A DNA stretch of 64,000 nt. It comes from Armatimonadota bacterium. GTDB taxonomy: Bacteria > Armatimonadota > HRBIN16. The notes under the pieces were generated by a model. It made no database searches, had not been told where the DNA came from, and saw nothing but the letters and a program-made list of their open reading frames with translations. The DNA lies in assembly GCA_963677485.1 (NCBI GenBank), contig OY781964.1, positions 1,184,001-1,248,000 on the forward strand, given 5' to 3'. Both the position numbers and the translations under genes were made by a program. Below are positions 18,331 through 27,011 of the stretch, piece after piece (position 1 is the first letter of the stretch; each line of letters opens with the position of its first letter).

Positions 18331-18373
18331 CATGCTGGGGCAGACGCATACTAAGCCGTCTATCCCCAGCATG
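18331..18373. terminator. Hairpin downstream of the aldo-keto reductase
   Basis: catgctggggcagacg...cgtctatccccagcatg. Confidence 0.5.
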
Positions 18374-18380
18374 ATAGAAG

Positions 18381-19385
18381 CTATATCAGCCCCAGAACCT
18401 CGTCGATCTGCTTTAGCTCTTGCTCGCTGAAGTCAAGTGATTTTAGTGTCGCGACGTTCTCGTCGAGTTGGTCCACACGGCTGACGCCAATCAAGCAACT
18501 GGTGACCGACGGCCGGCCCAGCAGCCAGGCCAGCGACATCTGAGCCAGGCTTTGTTCGCGGGCGGCAGCGATTTCGGAAAGGAGTTTCACCTTCACCATC
18601 ACTTCGTCGTTGATCTGTTCCTTCTTCAGGAAGCCGTGGGGTTTCGACGCCCTGCTGCCAGGTTCGATACCGTGTAGATACCGTCCGGTAAGCAGTCCCT
18701 GCGCCAATGGACAGAATGGGATACATCCGATGCCCTCTTGCAGCAGCACGTCGCTTAAGCCCTGCTCCACCCAGCGGTTCATCATGTTATACAGCGGTTG
18801 GTGGATGAGGCAAGGGGTGCCAAGGCGTTTCAGGATAGCCGAAGCCTGAGCGGTGCTCTCCGCGTCGTAGCTGCTGATGCCCACATACAGAGCTTTGCCA
18901 CTGCGCACGATGTAGTCCAGCGCGGCCATCGACTCCTCAAGAGGCGTCTCGGGATCTGGGCGGTGATGGTAGAAGATGTCTACATATTCCAGCCCCATGC
19001 GCTTTAAAGACTGATCCAGGCTGGAGACCAGGTATTTACGTGAACCCCAGTCACCATATGGCCCTGGCCACATGTAGTATCCCGCCTTGGTGGAGATCAG
19101 CATCTCGTCGCGGTAGGGACGAAGGTCATCGCGCAGCAGCTTGCCGAAGTTCTCCTCCGCGCTGCCCCCCACCGGACCGTAGTTGTTGGCCAGGTCGAAG
19201 TGGGTGATACCCAGATCGAAGGCATGTATCCCTAAATTGCGGATGTTATCATACTGATCGACACTACCGAAGTTATGCCACCATCCCAGAGAGAGTGCGG
19301 GCAACTTGAGGCCGCTCTTACCGCAACGGCGGTAGAGCATCGATTGGTAGCGATCGGCTGAAGCAACGGTTGGACCGTATGGCAT
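18381..19385 (-). CDS. gpr: Aldo-keto reductase, L-glyceraldehyde 3-phosphate reductase (YghZ/Gpr) type
   Basis: YRRCGKSGLKLPALSLGWWHNFG, FDLANNYGP, STKAGYYMWPGPYGDWGSRKYL, DIFYHHRPD motifs. Confidence 0.9.
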   Translation of the reverse strand: MPYGPTVASADRYQSMLYRRCGKSGLKLPALSLGWWHNFGSVDQYDNIRNLGIHAFDLGITHFDLANNYGPVGGSAEENFGKLLRDDLRPYRDEMLISTKAGYYMWPGPYGDWGSRKYLVSSLDQSLKRMGLEYVDIFYHHRPDPETPLEESMAALDYIVRSGKALYVGISSYDAESTAQASAILKRLGTPCLIHQPLYNMMNRWVEQGLSDVLLQEGIGCIPFCPLAQGLLTGRYLHGIEPGSRASKPHGFLKKEQINDEVMVKVKLLSEIAAAREQSLAQMSLAWLLGRPSVTSCLIGVSRVDQLDENVATLKSLDFSEQELKQIDEVLGLI

Positions 19386-19621
19386 TACAGAGACCTCCTG
19401 ACGGTTGTTAACTAGCTCCATCATACCCGATATGAGCTGATAGAAGATACGGGGCGGGGGGAGGAGAACAGGAGGGAGGAGTGCAGGAGGGAGGAGCATC
19501 GCGTGCGGTTCCCACGGTATGTCAGACGTGTAGGATGAGTAGGACGAGTAGGACTGTCCCCTTCTGACTCCTCCCCTCCCGTCTCCTGACTCCTGCTCTC
19601 CTGACTTCTCCCCTCCTCCCC

Positions 19622-21007
19622 CTACGAAATCTGCTTCCGCAGGCGGGCGATGAGGGCCGCCAGTTGCTGGTCGGTGGTAAGTTGAAGGTGAAGACGCTTC
19701 AAGCCGTTCATCACGGTGCTGTGGTCCTTGCCAAAAAGTTTGCCGATCTGACTAAGCGACATCTGTGCCAGCTCTTGAAGAAGGTAATAGGCGATGTATC
19801 GTGCCTGGATGGAGTTCTTGTCGCGTTGAACGCTCATCAACTTTTCACGCTCAATGCCGCACTGCTCGCAGACCGCTTTGAGTATCTTCTCATCACGCCG
19901 TGCTTCTGGTGCCAGGTCAATATAGTATTCTGTCAGCACGCTGTCCACCAACTCTGAAGTGATGGTGTGCCCCAGCAACTGCGCTCGTGCCATCACGGAG
20001 ACCATCACACCTTCCAGCGTCCGGATATTGCTCTCAATGGCGTTAGCCACTTGGTAGAGTATCTCCTTAGGCACCTGATACGCCTTTTGCTGACATAGGT
20101 TCGCCAAAATCGCCACCCGAGTCTCATAGTCAGGCGGGGCGATGTCCACTATCAACCCGGCCTCAAACCGGCTACGCAGCCTGCCGTCCAGGGCGGGAAG
20201 CTGTTTAGGCGGTCGGTCGCTGCATAGAACAACCTGCCGGCGATGCATCATCAACTCGTTGAAGATATGGAAGAACTCCTCATTCGTCTTATCTTTACCG
20301 GCGATGAACTGGATGTCATCCACCAGCCAAACCTCGATGATGCTCATCCGATGGACGAACGCATCCGTGGTGCGGTCACGCAACGACTGCACAAACTGCT
20401 GGGTGAACTTTTCGCCGGTGATGTAGCCGATGCGTATGTTGGGCCGCTCTTGCAGCAGGCGGTGCGCGATGGCATGCATCAGATGGGTTTTGCCTAGACC
20501 GTGGGAGCCATAGATAAAAAGAGGGTTGTACTTCTGCGCAGGTTCTTCGGCAACGGCACAAGCCGCGGCGGCGGCCAGCCGGTTGTTGCTGCCGGTAATA
20601 AATCGGTCAAACACGTAATCGTCGTTCAGCTCCAGTGGCTCTATGTTGTAGGCTGAGCGTTTGGGCCTTGCAGTCGGCTTGGTGAGCTGTTCGATGTCTG
20701 ACGGTTCGTCTTGCTTCTGGTCAGAAGGGCGCACCACAAACTCGATGGAGATATCCTCACCCAGTTGAGGTGCGAGGGCCGACTTGATGATTCCAGCGAA
20801 CTTGTTGGTCAGCCAGGTACGTGCAAAAGCGCTCGGGACGTTCAACACCACAATCCGCCCATTCATTCGCTCTGGGTTGATGGTCTTAATCCAACTGTTG
20901 TAGCTGGGCACACCGACCTTCAATTCCAGCTCATGCAACGCCGAGGTCCACGCCTTGCGCAGAGCCAGAAGCATTTCATTGTCGCCGAATTGAAGTTGGT
21001 CAGGCAT
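19622..21007 (-). CDS. dnaA: Chromosomal replication initiator DnaA
   Basis: Domain I, YVFDRFITGSNN, YNPLFIYGSHGLGKTHL (Walker A), VDDIQFI, EEFFHIFN, RLRSRF, NIRTLEG, domain IV KDHSTV. Confidence 0.95.
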   Translation of the reverse strand: MPDQLQFGDNEMLLALRKAWTSALHELELKVGVPSYNSWIKTINPERMNGRIVVLNVPSAFARTWLTNKFAGIIKSALAPQLGEDISIEFVVRPSDQKQDEPSDIEQLTKPTARPKRSAYNIEPLELNDDYVFDRFITGSNNRLAAAAACAVAEEPAQKYNPLFIYGSHGLGKTHLMHAIAHRLLQERPNIRIGYITGEKFTQQFVQSLRDRTTDAFVHRMSIIEVWLVDDIQFIAGKDKTNEEFFHIFNELMMHRRQVVLCSDRPPKQLPALDGRLRSRFEAGLIVDIAPPDYETRVAILANLCQQKAYQVPKEILYQVANAIESNIRTLEGVMVSVMARAQLLGHTITSELVDSVLTEYYIDLAPEARRDEKILKAVCEQCGIEREKLMSVQRDKNSIQARYIAYYLLQELAQMSLSQIGKLFGKDHSTVMNGLKRLHLQLTTDQQLAALIARLRKQIS

Positions 21008-21096
21008 ATGTGGGTATCCATCCTATAAGCGTTGTGATTTGCAGATGACCGAAGAGGCCAGGAAATTGGGTTACCTCTATATGATAAGCTATATTC

Positions 21097-22839
21097 ATGA
21101 TCACCGCAGACTTATGTCAGACAGCTCGCGAAGTTGTCAGCCAATATCTGGTTAGCAGCGAATATTGCTATACAAACCATCAGCCGCTGGACCGTGAGCT
21201 TGTTTCAGACGCTTTGGCCCAGTACATTGGGACCCATCGTTCTGATGAAGAGACAGAGCTGATGGTGGCCCAATACCCCATTCTACTTGACTGCGAGATA
21301 TTTGCAAGCGATGATGGGGTGCCCCACATACAGCCGATCACTGGCACCCATCACCAGCGCAAACATGGAGCCTTCTACACCCCGACGGCCATGATCAGCC
21401 AGATTCTACAGCATATCATGCCAGCTGACCATGAACCCGAAAGCATCTGCGATCCGGCGTGCGGAACAGGTCTGTTCCTGACCCAGGCGGCCAGGCTCAT
21501 CGCTGAGCGGCGCAGCCGGAGGCTTGGCGAGCCATATGCGGTCGCGTTGCGTTGGGTGTTATGTCACTCGATCTTCGGAGTGGAGCTGGATGCGGGTGCT
21601 GCGAAACTGGCCCGGAGCCTGCTGTCGGCCATGGTCGATCATCATCCTGAAGCCATCAAGGCCCTTGAGGGGCATATCACCAATGCCGATGCGCTCTTGA
21701 CCAACTGGACACAGCAGTATGAACTGGTGGTTGGCAATCCACCTTATATCGACTCGGAGTCGATGATACGCCATCAGCCCGACGTGCGGCGCAAAATATC
21801 AGAGCGATACACCAGTGCCACCGGCAACTGGGATATCTATATTCCGTTCGTGGAACTGGCGATGAAGCTGACACAACCCGGCGGATACTTTGGGCTGATC
21901 ACCCCCGCCGGGCTGATGTACGCCCGTTATGCGGAAAGCATCCAAAACATGATTCTAGCCCAGACTACACCCACTGTCTATCTGGATTTTTCTCAGGCCA
22001 GGCCATTTGACAACGCGAGCGTAGAGGTCGGTGTGTTGGTCTGCCGTAAGGGACCATCCGGCTCGTGTGGTATGCTTCAGCGCGTGCGGTATGATATAAA
22101 GCTGCAGGTACTCGACCAGCAGTCGGCCCCTCTTTCCAGATTCCGTCAACTGCCCTTAGCTCCGCTGGGAGCCATTTGGGACATTGATAAGGTCAGCCTG
22201 CGCATATCTACGCTTCCCAACCGGCTGGGCGACTACCTGGTATGTTCAGATGGGGCATCAACCGGTGAGGCCTACCAGATTGCCGAATGGCTGATCGACC
22301 GCGACGCACTAGATGACGACCTCAGGCTGGTCAACACCGGCACCATTGACCCATACCGGCTGTTGTGGGGTAGCAAGCCGATCACCTACATCAAAAAGCA
22401 GATGCTTCACCCCGTGGTGCCCGCTGAGGTTCTACGCGAGAAGCTGCCACGGCGTTACGCGCAGGCCATACAGGCCAAAGTGGTCATGGCAGGCCTGTGT
22501 ACGCAACTTGAGGCGGCGGTGGCACCCGCGGGCGTGCTATGCGGCAAGTCGGCTGTGCAGGCCATTCCTGCAGCCGATGTGTGCGTCTACGCCGTCACGG
22601 CTTATCTGAACAGCACGCCTGTCCGCCGCTACATGAGCCAGATGCACGGCACCAGCCTGACCGGCAGGCGAGGCCTACAGGTCACCCGCCGGTCTATTGA
22701 GGCGGTCCCAGCCCCGCTGCTGTGCCATCTAGCCGACGGCAGCGCCCTGAGCCAGTTGGGCAGACAAGCGCACGCGCAAGGCTGCGATCAGCAGATGCAG
22801 GTTGCGGTTGACACGCTGGTGTTGGGGCTGCTACCATAG
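21097..22839 (+). CDS. Orphan N6-adenine DNA methyltransferase (TaqI/Eco57I-like, gamma class)
   Basis: GAFYTP (motif X), DPACGTGLFL (motif I), VGNPPY (motif IV), C-terminal TaqI_C-like target-recognition domain. No adjacent endonuclease. Confidence 0.88.
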   Translation: MITADLCQTAREVVSQYLVSSEYCYTNHQPLDRELVSDALAQYIGTHRSDEETELMVAQYPILLDCEIFASDDGVPHIQPITGTHHQRKHGAFYTPTAMISQILQHIMPADHEPESICDPACGTGLFLTQAARLIAERRSRRLGEPYAVALRWVLCHSIFGVELDAGAAKLARSLLSAMVDHHPEAIKALEGHITNADALLTNWTQQYELVVGNPPYIDSESMIRHQPDVRRKISERYTSATGNWDIYIPFVELAMKLTQPGGYFGLITPAGLMYARYAESIQNMILAQTTPTVYLDFSQARPFDNASVEVGVLVCRKGPSGSCGMLQRVRYDIKLQVLDQQSAPLSRFRQLPLAPLGAIWDIDKVSLRISTLPNRLGDYLVCSDGASTGEAYQIAEWLIDRDALDDDLRLVNTGTIDPYRLLWGSKPITYIKKQMLHPVVPAEVLREKLPRRYAQAIQAKVVMAGLCTQLEAAVAPAGVLCGKSAVQAIPAADVCVYAVTAYLNSTPVRRYMSQMHGTSLTGRRGLQVTRRSIEAVPAPLLCHLADGSALSQLGRQAHAQGCDQQMQVAVDTLVLGLLP

Positions 22840-22845
22840 GGTATC

Positions 22846-23126
22846 CCCCTGGGAACGCCAATCTCCTGATTGGCATATACCGTTTACTAGCACTCCCACA
22901 TGCATAAATGTCAGCGCAATATCCCTGTACCAACAGAGGCTGTCGATCACCCATTCCGCGACATGAATGTCTCGGAATCGGTGACCTACTGGCCATGCAA
23001 TATTTGTGGTTAATAAGCCGTGTCCTTCAGGGCGCTTGGCCTCATGCGTATATGCGCCTCAATCTGCGTAATCTGTGGATAAGATATACATCGGGAGGCC
23101 AATCAGGAGATTGGCGTTCCCAGGGG
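22846..23126. repeat. Composite element bounded by perfect 29-bp IRs (family D) containing a family A segment
   Basis: cccctgggaacgccaatctcctgattggc (22846-22874) and its reverse complement (23098-23126). Confidence 0.85.
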
Positions 23127-23141
23127 CAATCCGCCTTCCAC

Positions 23142-24695
23142 CTACATAAAATACCCTGCCAGCCGCATCAGCAGCATGGGGTCGCCGTCGATCTTCATGG
23201 TCAGCATCAGCGTCATCAGGTCGGCTTTGCCAGTAGTGAAAAATCCGACCAAATCGTCGTAGTCAGCCCCAAGGGTCAAATCCGGCTTGGCCTCGGTGGG
23301 ACCATCCAGTAGCTGCAATTGGCTGTTCTTGATGGACATATCCCAGACTCCTGCGATTTTGCCCGAAAGGTTCATGCGCACCATCATACTCTCATCTTTG
23401 GCCTTGTCGGCCTTGAATCGCTTCTTTAGCATCGCCTGCACGCTCTCGGTCAGCGGTTTGATCGAGGCGGAGCTCACTTGCGTTTTAGGGCCTGCCATGG
23501 CGGCGTAGGCATCTGCCAGCAGTCGTGCGGTCTTGCGGCCAGTGGAGACGGTGGTCTCATACTTATACAGCGGGATGTCGTAGTCGGCCTCGCTCAGGAT
23601 ATACCCCAGCTCGTCGTTGGTCAGTCCCAGCACGACGTTGTATTTGCCCTTCATCATGCTTTGCATCTGCCAGCCTACGTTGGGTAATGCCTCACCGGGC
23701 ATCGCACAGAACTCTACAGGGCCCAGCGTGAGCCGGCTGATAACCGTCTTGATATTGGGCTCATCGGCGTGCTTCTCGGCAAACAGCCCCATCTTATTAC
23801 CCATGATGAACATGGCGTTCTCCAATGGGATATCGAGCTCAGTGGTCTGCAGCTTGATGACCGGCTCACTCACCTGTTCTGGAGTTTTCAATGCTTCCAT
23901 CGCCTTATCAGCCACGATTTCGCCATATATCTTCGTGTCGGCCAGATTGGTAGCCCCACGGAGTGTGGTGACCATCCCACCGAGCGCGCCGTTGGCGAAC
24001 ATCGCCATGCCGTAGCCGTTGGCCTCCAGCTTTTGCCGCATGAAGTGGGGGAAATCGCTGGTCAGCTCGTGCCCATACATCACCGACTCGGGATGGCATG
24101 CGAAGTTCACCCACACGGCGATCGCGCCGTTCGTTTCAGGGTTGATGAACTGCATGGCGACCAGGCTTGTGTCGAGGTTTTGAGGCACGCGGGGGTTTCG
24201 GCTGACCCCTTCCACTCCGGTGATGTGTGCGACCTTCATCACCGCCGGCCGCATGTTGGTGGCTGCCGCATCGATGCACAAGGCGATCTTCTTCTTGACA
24301 TCGGCGTACCAGGCTCGGTCTACGCCGCTTACGGTCTCACTGGGGCCCCACAGCCCCATGGAATCGGGGCCAGAGTGCGTATGGCTGCAGGAAATCAGTA
24401 TGTTGCTTTTCGGCACATTGGTCACGGCGTTACGGATCTCATCCACGCCGGGTTTGAACAGGCCGATCAAATCCACGCTGACAAGCGCTATCCGTGTTCC
24501 CTGTGATTCGATCACCAACGCTCTTGCTTCCACCGGATCATTCACCGACGTGGCGACACGGTTTTGGTTGGTACCTGCCAAGAACGGCATTTTCGATGGG
24601 GTAAGGTCAACCTTCGCGGTGCCCACCATCATAGGAGCCGCCATTACCGATGCGCTCAAGGCAGCCAGGGCCACTATCAAGAAGAAACGGGACAT
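23142..24695 (-). CDS. Secreted neutral/alkaline ceramidase-like amidohydrolase fused to a C-terminal SCP2 lipid-binding domain
   Basis: Signal peptide; SCSHTHSGPD, NFACHPE, SDFP, NGALG, PGEA, NDELGYI motifs. The last ~100 aa look SCP2-like (GVWDMSIKN...PDLTLGADYDD...MKIDGDPMLLMRL). Confidence 0.75.
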   Translation of the reverse strand: MSRFFLIVALAALSASVMAAPMMVGTAKVDLTPSKMPFLAGTNQNRVATSVNDPVEARALVIESQGTRIALVSVDLIGLFKPGVDEIRNAVTNVPKSNILISCSHTHSGPDSMGLWGPSETVSGVDRAWYADVKKKIALCIDAAATNMRPAVMKVAHITGVEGVSRNPRVPQNLDTSLVAMQFINPETNGAIAVWVNFACHPESVMYGHELTSDFPHFMRQKLEANGYGMAMFANGALGGMVTTLRGATNLADTKIYGEIVADKAMEALKTPEQVSEPVIKLQTTELDIPLENAMFIMGNKMGLFAEKHADEPNIKTVISRLTLGPVEFCAMPGEALPNVGWQMQSMMKGKYNVVLGLTNDELGYILSEADYDIPLYKYETTVSTGRKTARLLADAYAAMAGPKTQVSSASIKPLTESVQAMLKKRFKADKAKDESMMVRMNLSGKIAGVWDMSIKNSQLQLLDGPTEAKPDLTLGADYDDLVGFFTTGKADLMTLMLTMKIDGDPMLLMRLAGYFM

Positions 24696-24796
24696 TGGAT
24701 TCACCTCAATATCTATGACACTCACTTAATGTATACCAAATAATGAGCGGCTGTTACCGGTACCCATCTGTGGTGATCTTTTGTCCTTTAGTCGGA

Positions 24797-26719
24797 TCAG
24801 TCCCCCTGTGCCCCGAAAGTGGTGTCGATGATGACATAGTCGAATAGGTTGACCTTGCCATCGCCATCCAGATCGGCCATCGCATCGGAGGTGTTGAATT
24901 TGGAATCAATCACCACGAAGTCAAACAGGTTGATCTGGTTGTCGCCATCGGCGTCGCCGTTGGTGAGTGAGGTGTTGACGCTGTTCACGCCATTGACTAC
25001 GACGCCATCCACAACCCGTTTCAACCAGTGACCGCCACTTATGCTCAGACTGTAGACGCCGGGTTCCAGGCCGTTAATGGTTGCGATGCCGCCGCTATCA
25101 GGATGCAGCTTGCCAGTATACATGGCCGGACCGTTCATCGCGTAATCCTGCTGTATGCCGGTCAACGATCCGTTGTAGCCGCTGCCAGGGTTGATGGTGA
25201 TCGCTAAGCTGGTCAGTGCGTAGACAACAAAATTAGTCTCACTCGTCGCTGTGCCAGGAGGTGTTGTAATGGTGATTTTTCCCGTTGTGGCTCCAACTGG
25301 TACCACGCCCGTGATGAGTTGGGTTCCTGTACGGATATATCCGGGGACGGCAACGCCGTTGATCTTCATTTCATAAGCACCGAAGAATCCAGAACCGTGG
25401 ATGGCGATGGTGTCACCAACCTTGCCTTTCGGAGGTTCAATCGAAGAAATGGACGGTAACACGGTGAAATCAGTCGAACTTCGTGTTGATGCACCATTGT
25501 AGGCCATCGAGATTCGGCCTGTGGTGGCGTCCACAGGCACGACAGCCGTGACTGTGGTCTCATTATTGATCGTGAACGTGCCGGGGTAACCACCGAAGTA
25601 TACGGCCGTTACTTGGCTGCACAGCGTACCAGTGATAACCACCTGTTGTCCTGCTGCACCAATAGTCGGCAGGAAGGACGTGATAGTGGTGCCAGGAAGC
25701 ACGGTGAAGTCTGTGCTGCTGTCACCATATCCTGAGGGCGTATACACCGTGATTTTACCCGTAGCACCACCTTCAGGCACGTACGCACGAATTGAAGTAT
25801 CACTCACCACAGTGAAAAACCCGCCATATCCTCGGAAGGCTACACGCGTGGTACCAGTGAAGTTGCTGCCTGTGATGGTCACAATTGTGCCAGGTTGTCC
25901 ACTCGCGGGATCAAACGATGTGATTCTTGGCGCCACGCTGAAGTCGGTCTCACTTGTGGCAGTTCCGCTTGCCGTGGTCATGGTGATCTTCCCAGTGGCA
26001 GCACCGGCGGGTACGGTGGCATGGATTGTTGTGGAGCTATCTACCGTGTATACCGAGCTGACCCCGCCGAATTTCACCGCTGTGGTGCCTGTAAAAGACG
26101 TGCCTGTGATGGTGACCACTGCCCCCACCGGTCCAGACGACGGTGCAAATGATACGATGACTGGCAGCACTTTGAAGCTGATCGAACTAGTGGCCGTTCC
26201 TGACGGGGTTGTGACCGTGATCTTGCCTGTTTCCGCGCCTGCAGGCACCTTGGCTTTGATGGTTTTATAGTCAGCCACAGTATAATCGGTTGACACACCA
26301 TCAAATTTAACCAGCGTAGCTCCGGTAAAGGCTGAGCCACTGATGGTGACCATATCCCCCGCGACGCCTTTGGTTGGTGTGTAACTGGTGATGGTCGGTA
26401 AAACCTTAAAGTCGGTCGAACTCGTCGCGGTTCCGCTAGAGGTCGTCACTTTTATCTTGCCAGTCAATGCCTTGTCAGGCACTTCGGCTGATATTGACGT
26501 GACACTCTTAACCGTGAATATGGCCGAGACGCCGTTAAAGGTGACCGATGTGGTGCCGCCCAAACCTAACCCGGTGATGGTGACATCCACGCCGACAGGT
26601 GCTGCGATGGGATCAAAAGAGTTGATCACAGGGCTGGCTGCGTATGACGGCCATGCCATCACCATAAGTGCAGGTATCAATCGCCAGGCTGACGCCTTGA
26701 GGCTAACCATGCGAGACAT
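24797..26719 (-). CDS. Secreted IPT/TIG-repeat surface protein with dockerin-like C-terminus
   Basis: Six ~80-aa repeats (PxITSFxP...VTITG...VPxGAxTGKITVTT); C-terminal GDADGDNQINLFDF...DLDGDGKVNLFDY. Confidence 0.88.
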   Translation of the reverse strand: MSRMVSLKASAWRLIPALMVMAWPSYAASPVINSFDPIAAPVGVDVTITGLGLGGTTSVTFNGVSAIFTVKSVTSISAEVPDKALTGKIKVTTSSGTATSSTDFKVLPTITSYTPTKGVAGDMVTISGSAFTGATLVKFDGVSTDYTVADYKTIKAKVPAGAETGKITVTTPSGTATSSISFKVLPVIVSFAPSSGPVGAVVTITGTSFTGTTAVKFGGVSSVYTVDSSTTIHATVPAGAATGKITMTTASGTATSETDFSVAPRITSFDPASGQPGTIVTITGSNFTGTTRVAFRGYGGFFTVVSDTSIRAYVPEGGATGKITVYTPSGYGDSSTDFTVLPGTTITSFLPTIGAAGQQVVITGTLCSQVTAVYFGGYPGTFTINNETTVTAVVPVDATTGRISMAYNGASTRSSTDFTVLPSISSIEPPKGKVGDTIAIHGSGFFGAYEMKINGVAVPGYIRTGTQLITGVVPVGATTGKITITTPPGTATSETNFVVYALTSLAITINPGSGYNGSLTGIQQDYAMNGPAMYTGKLHPDSGGIATINGLEPGVYSLSISGGHWLKRVVDGVVVNGVNSVNTSLTNGDADGDNQINLFDFVVIDSKFNTSDAMADLDGDGKVNLFDYVIIDTTFGAQGD

Positions 26720-27011
26720 ATGTATGCTCCAATCTGAGCGCCGCTGCAGCTGCTATAGTGCCGGCGGTCGTCACACTGCGGTCATCGTTTTATCAGCCGA
26801 TATGGTAAAGATGAGTGTATGGTATCATACACTTTCCGTATCCTGATGCCCCTATTATGGATCATTTTATGAATGCCTGTCAACCCTGCAGCGATGCCAT
26901 CTGCTCTATCAATCTGTTATGGAATTACCATAAACTAAAACTAGACTGATCGGATGATCCGGTAGCAACAACCGGACCCACAGAGCGTCTGCGAACCAGG
27001 GAGGACTCGAA

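Noticed and set aside
21097-22839. Complete type II/IIG restriction-modification system
   Set aside because: No endonuclease gene is adjacent, and the short N-terminus shows no PD-(D/E)xK motif.
23074-23082. Perfect DnaA box (TGTGGATAA) near dnaA as evidence for oriC
   Set aside because: It is a single box formed by the tail of the ATCTGCGTA/ATCTGTGGAT micro-repeat seen elsewhere; there is no box cluster or adjacent unwinding element.
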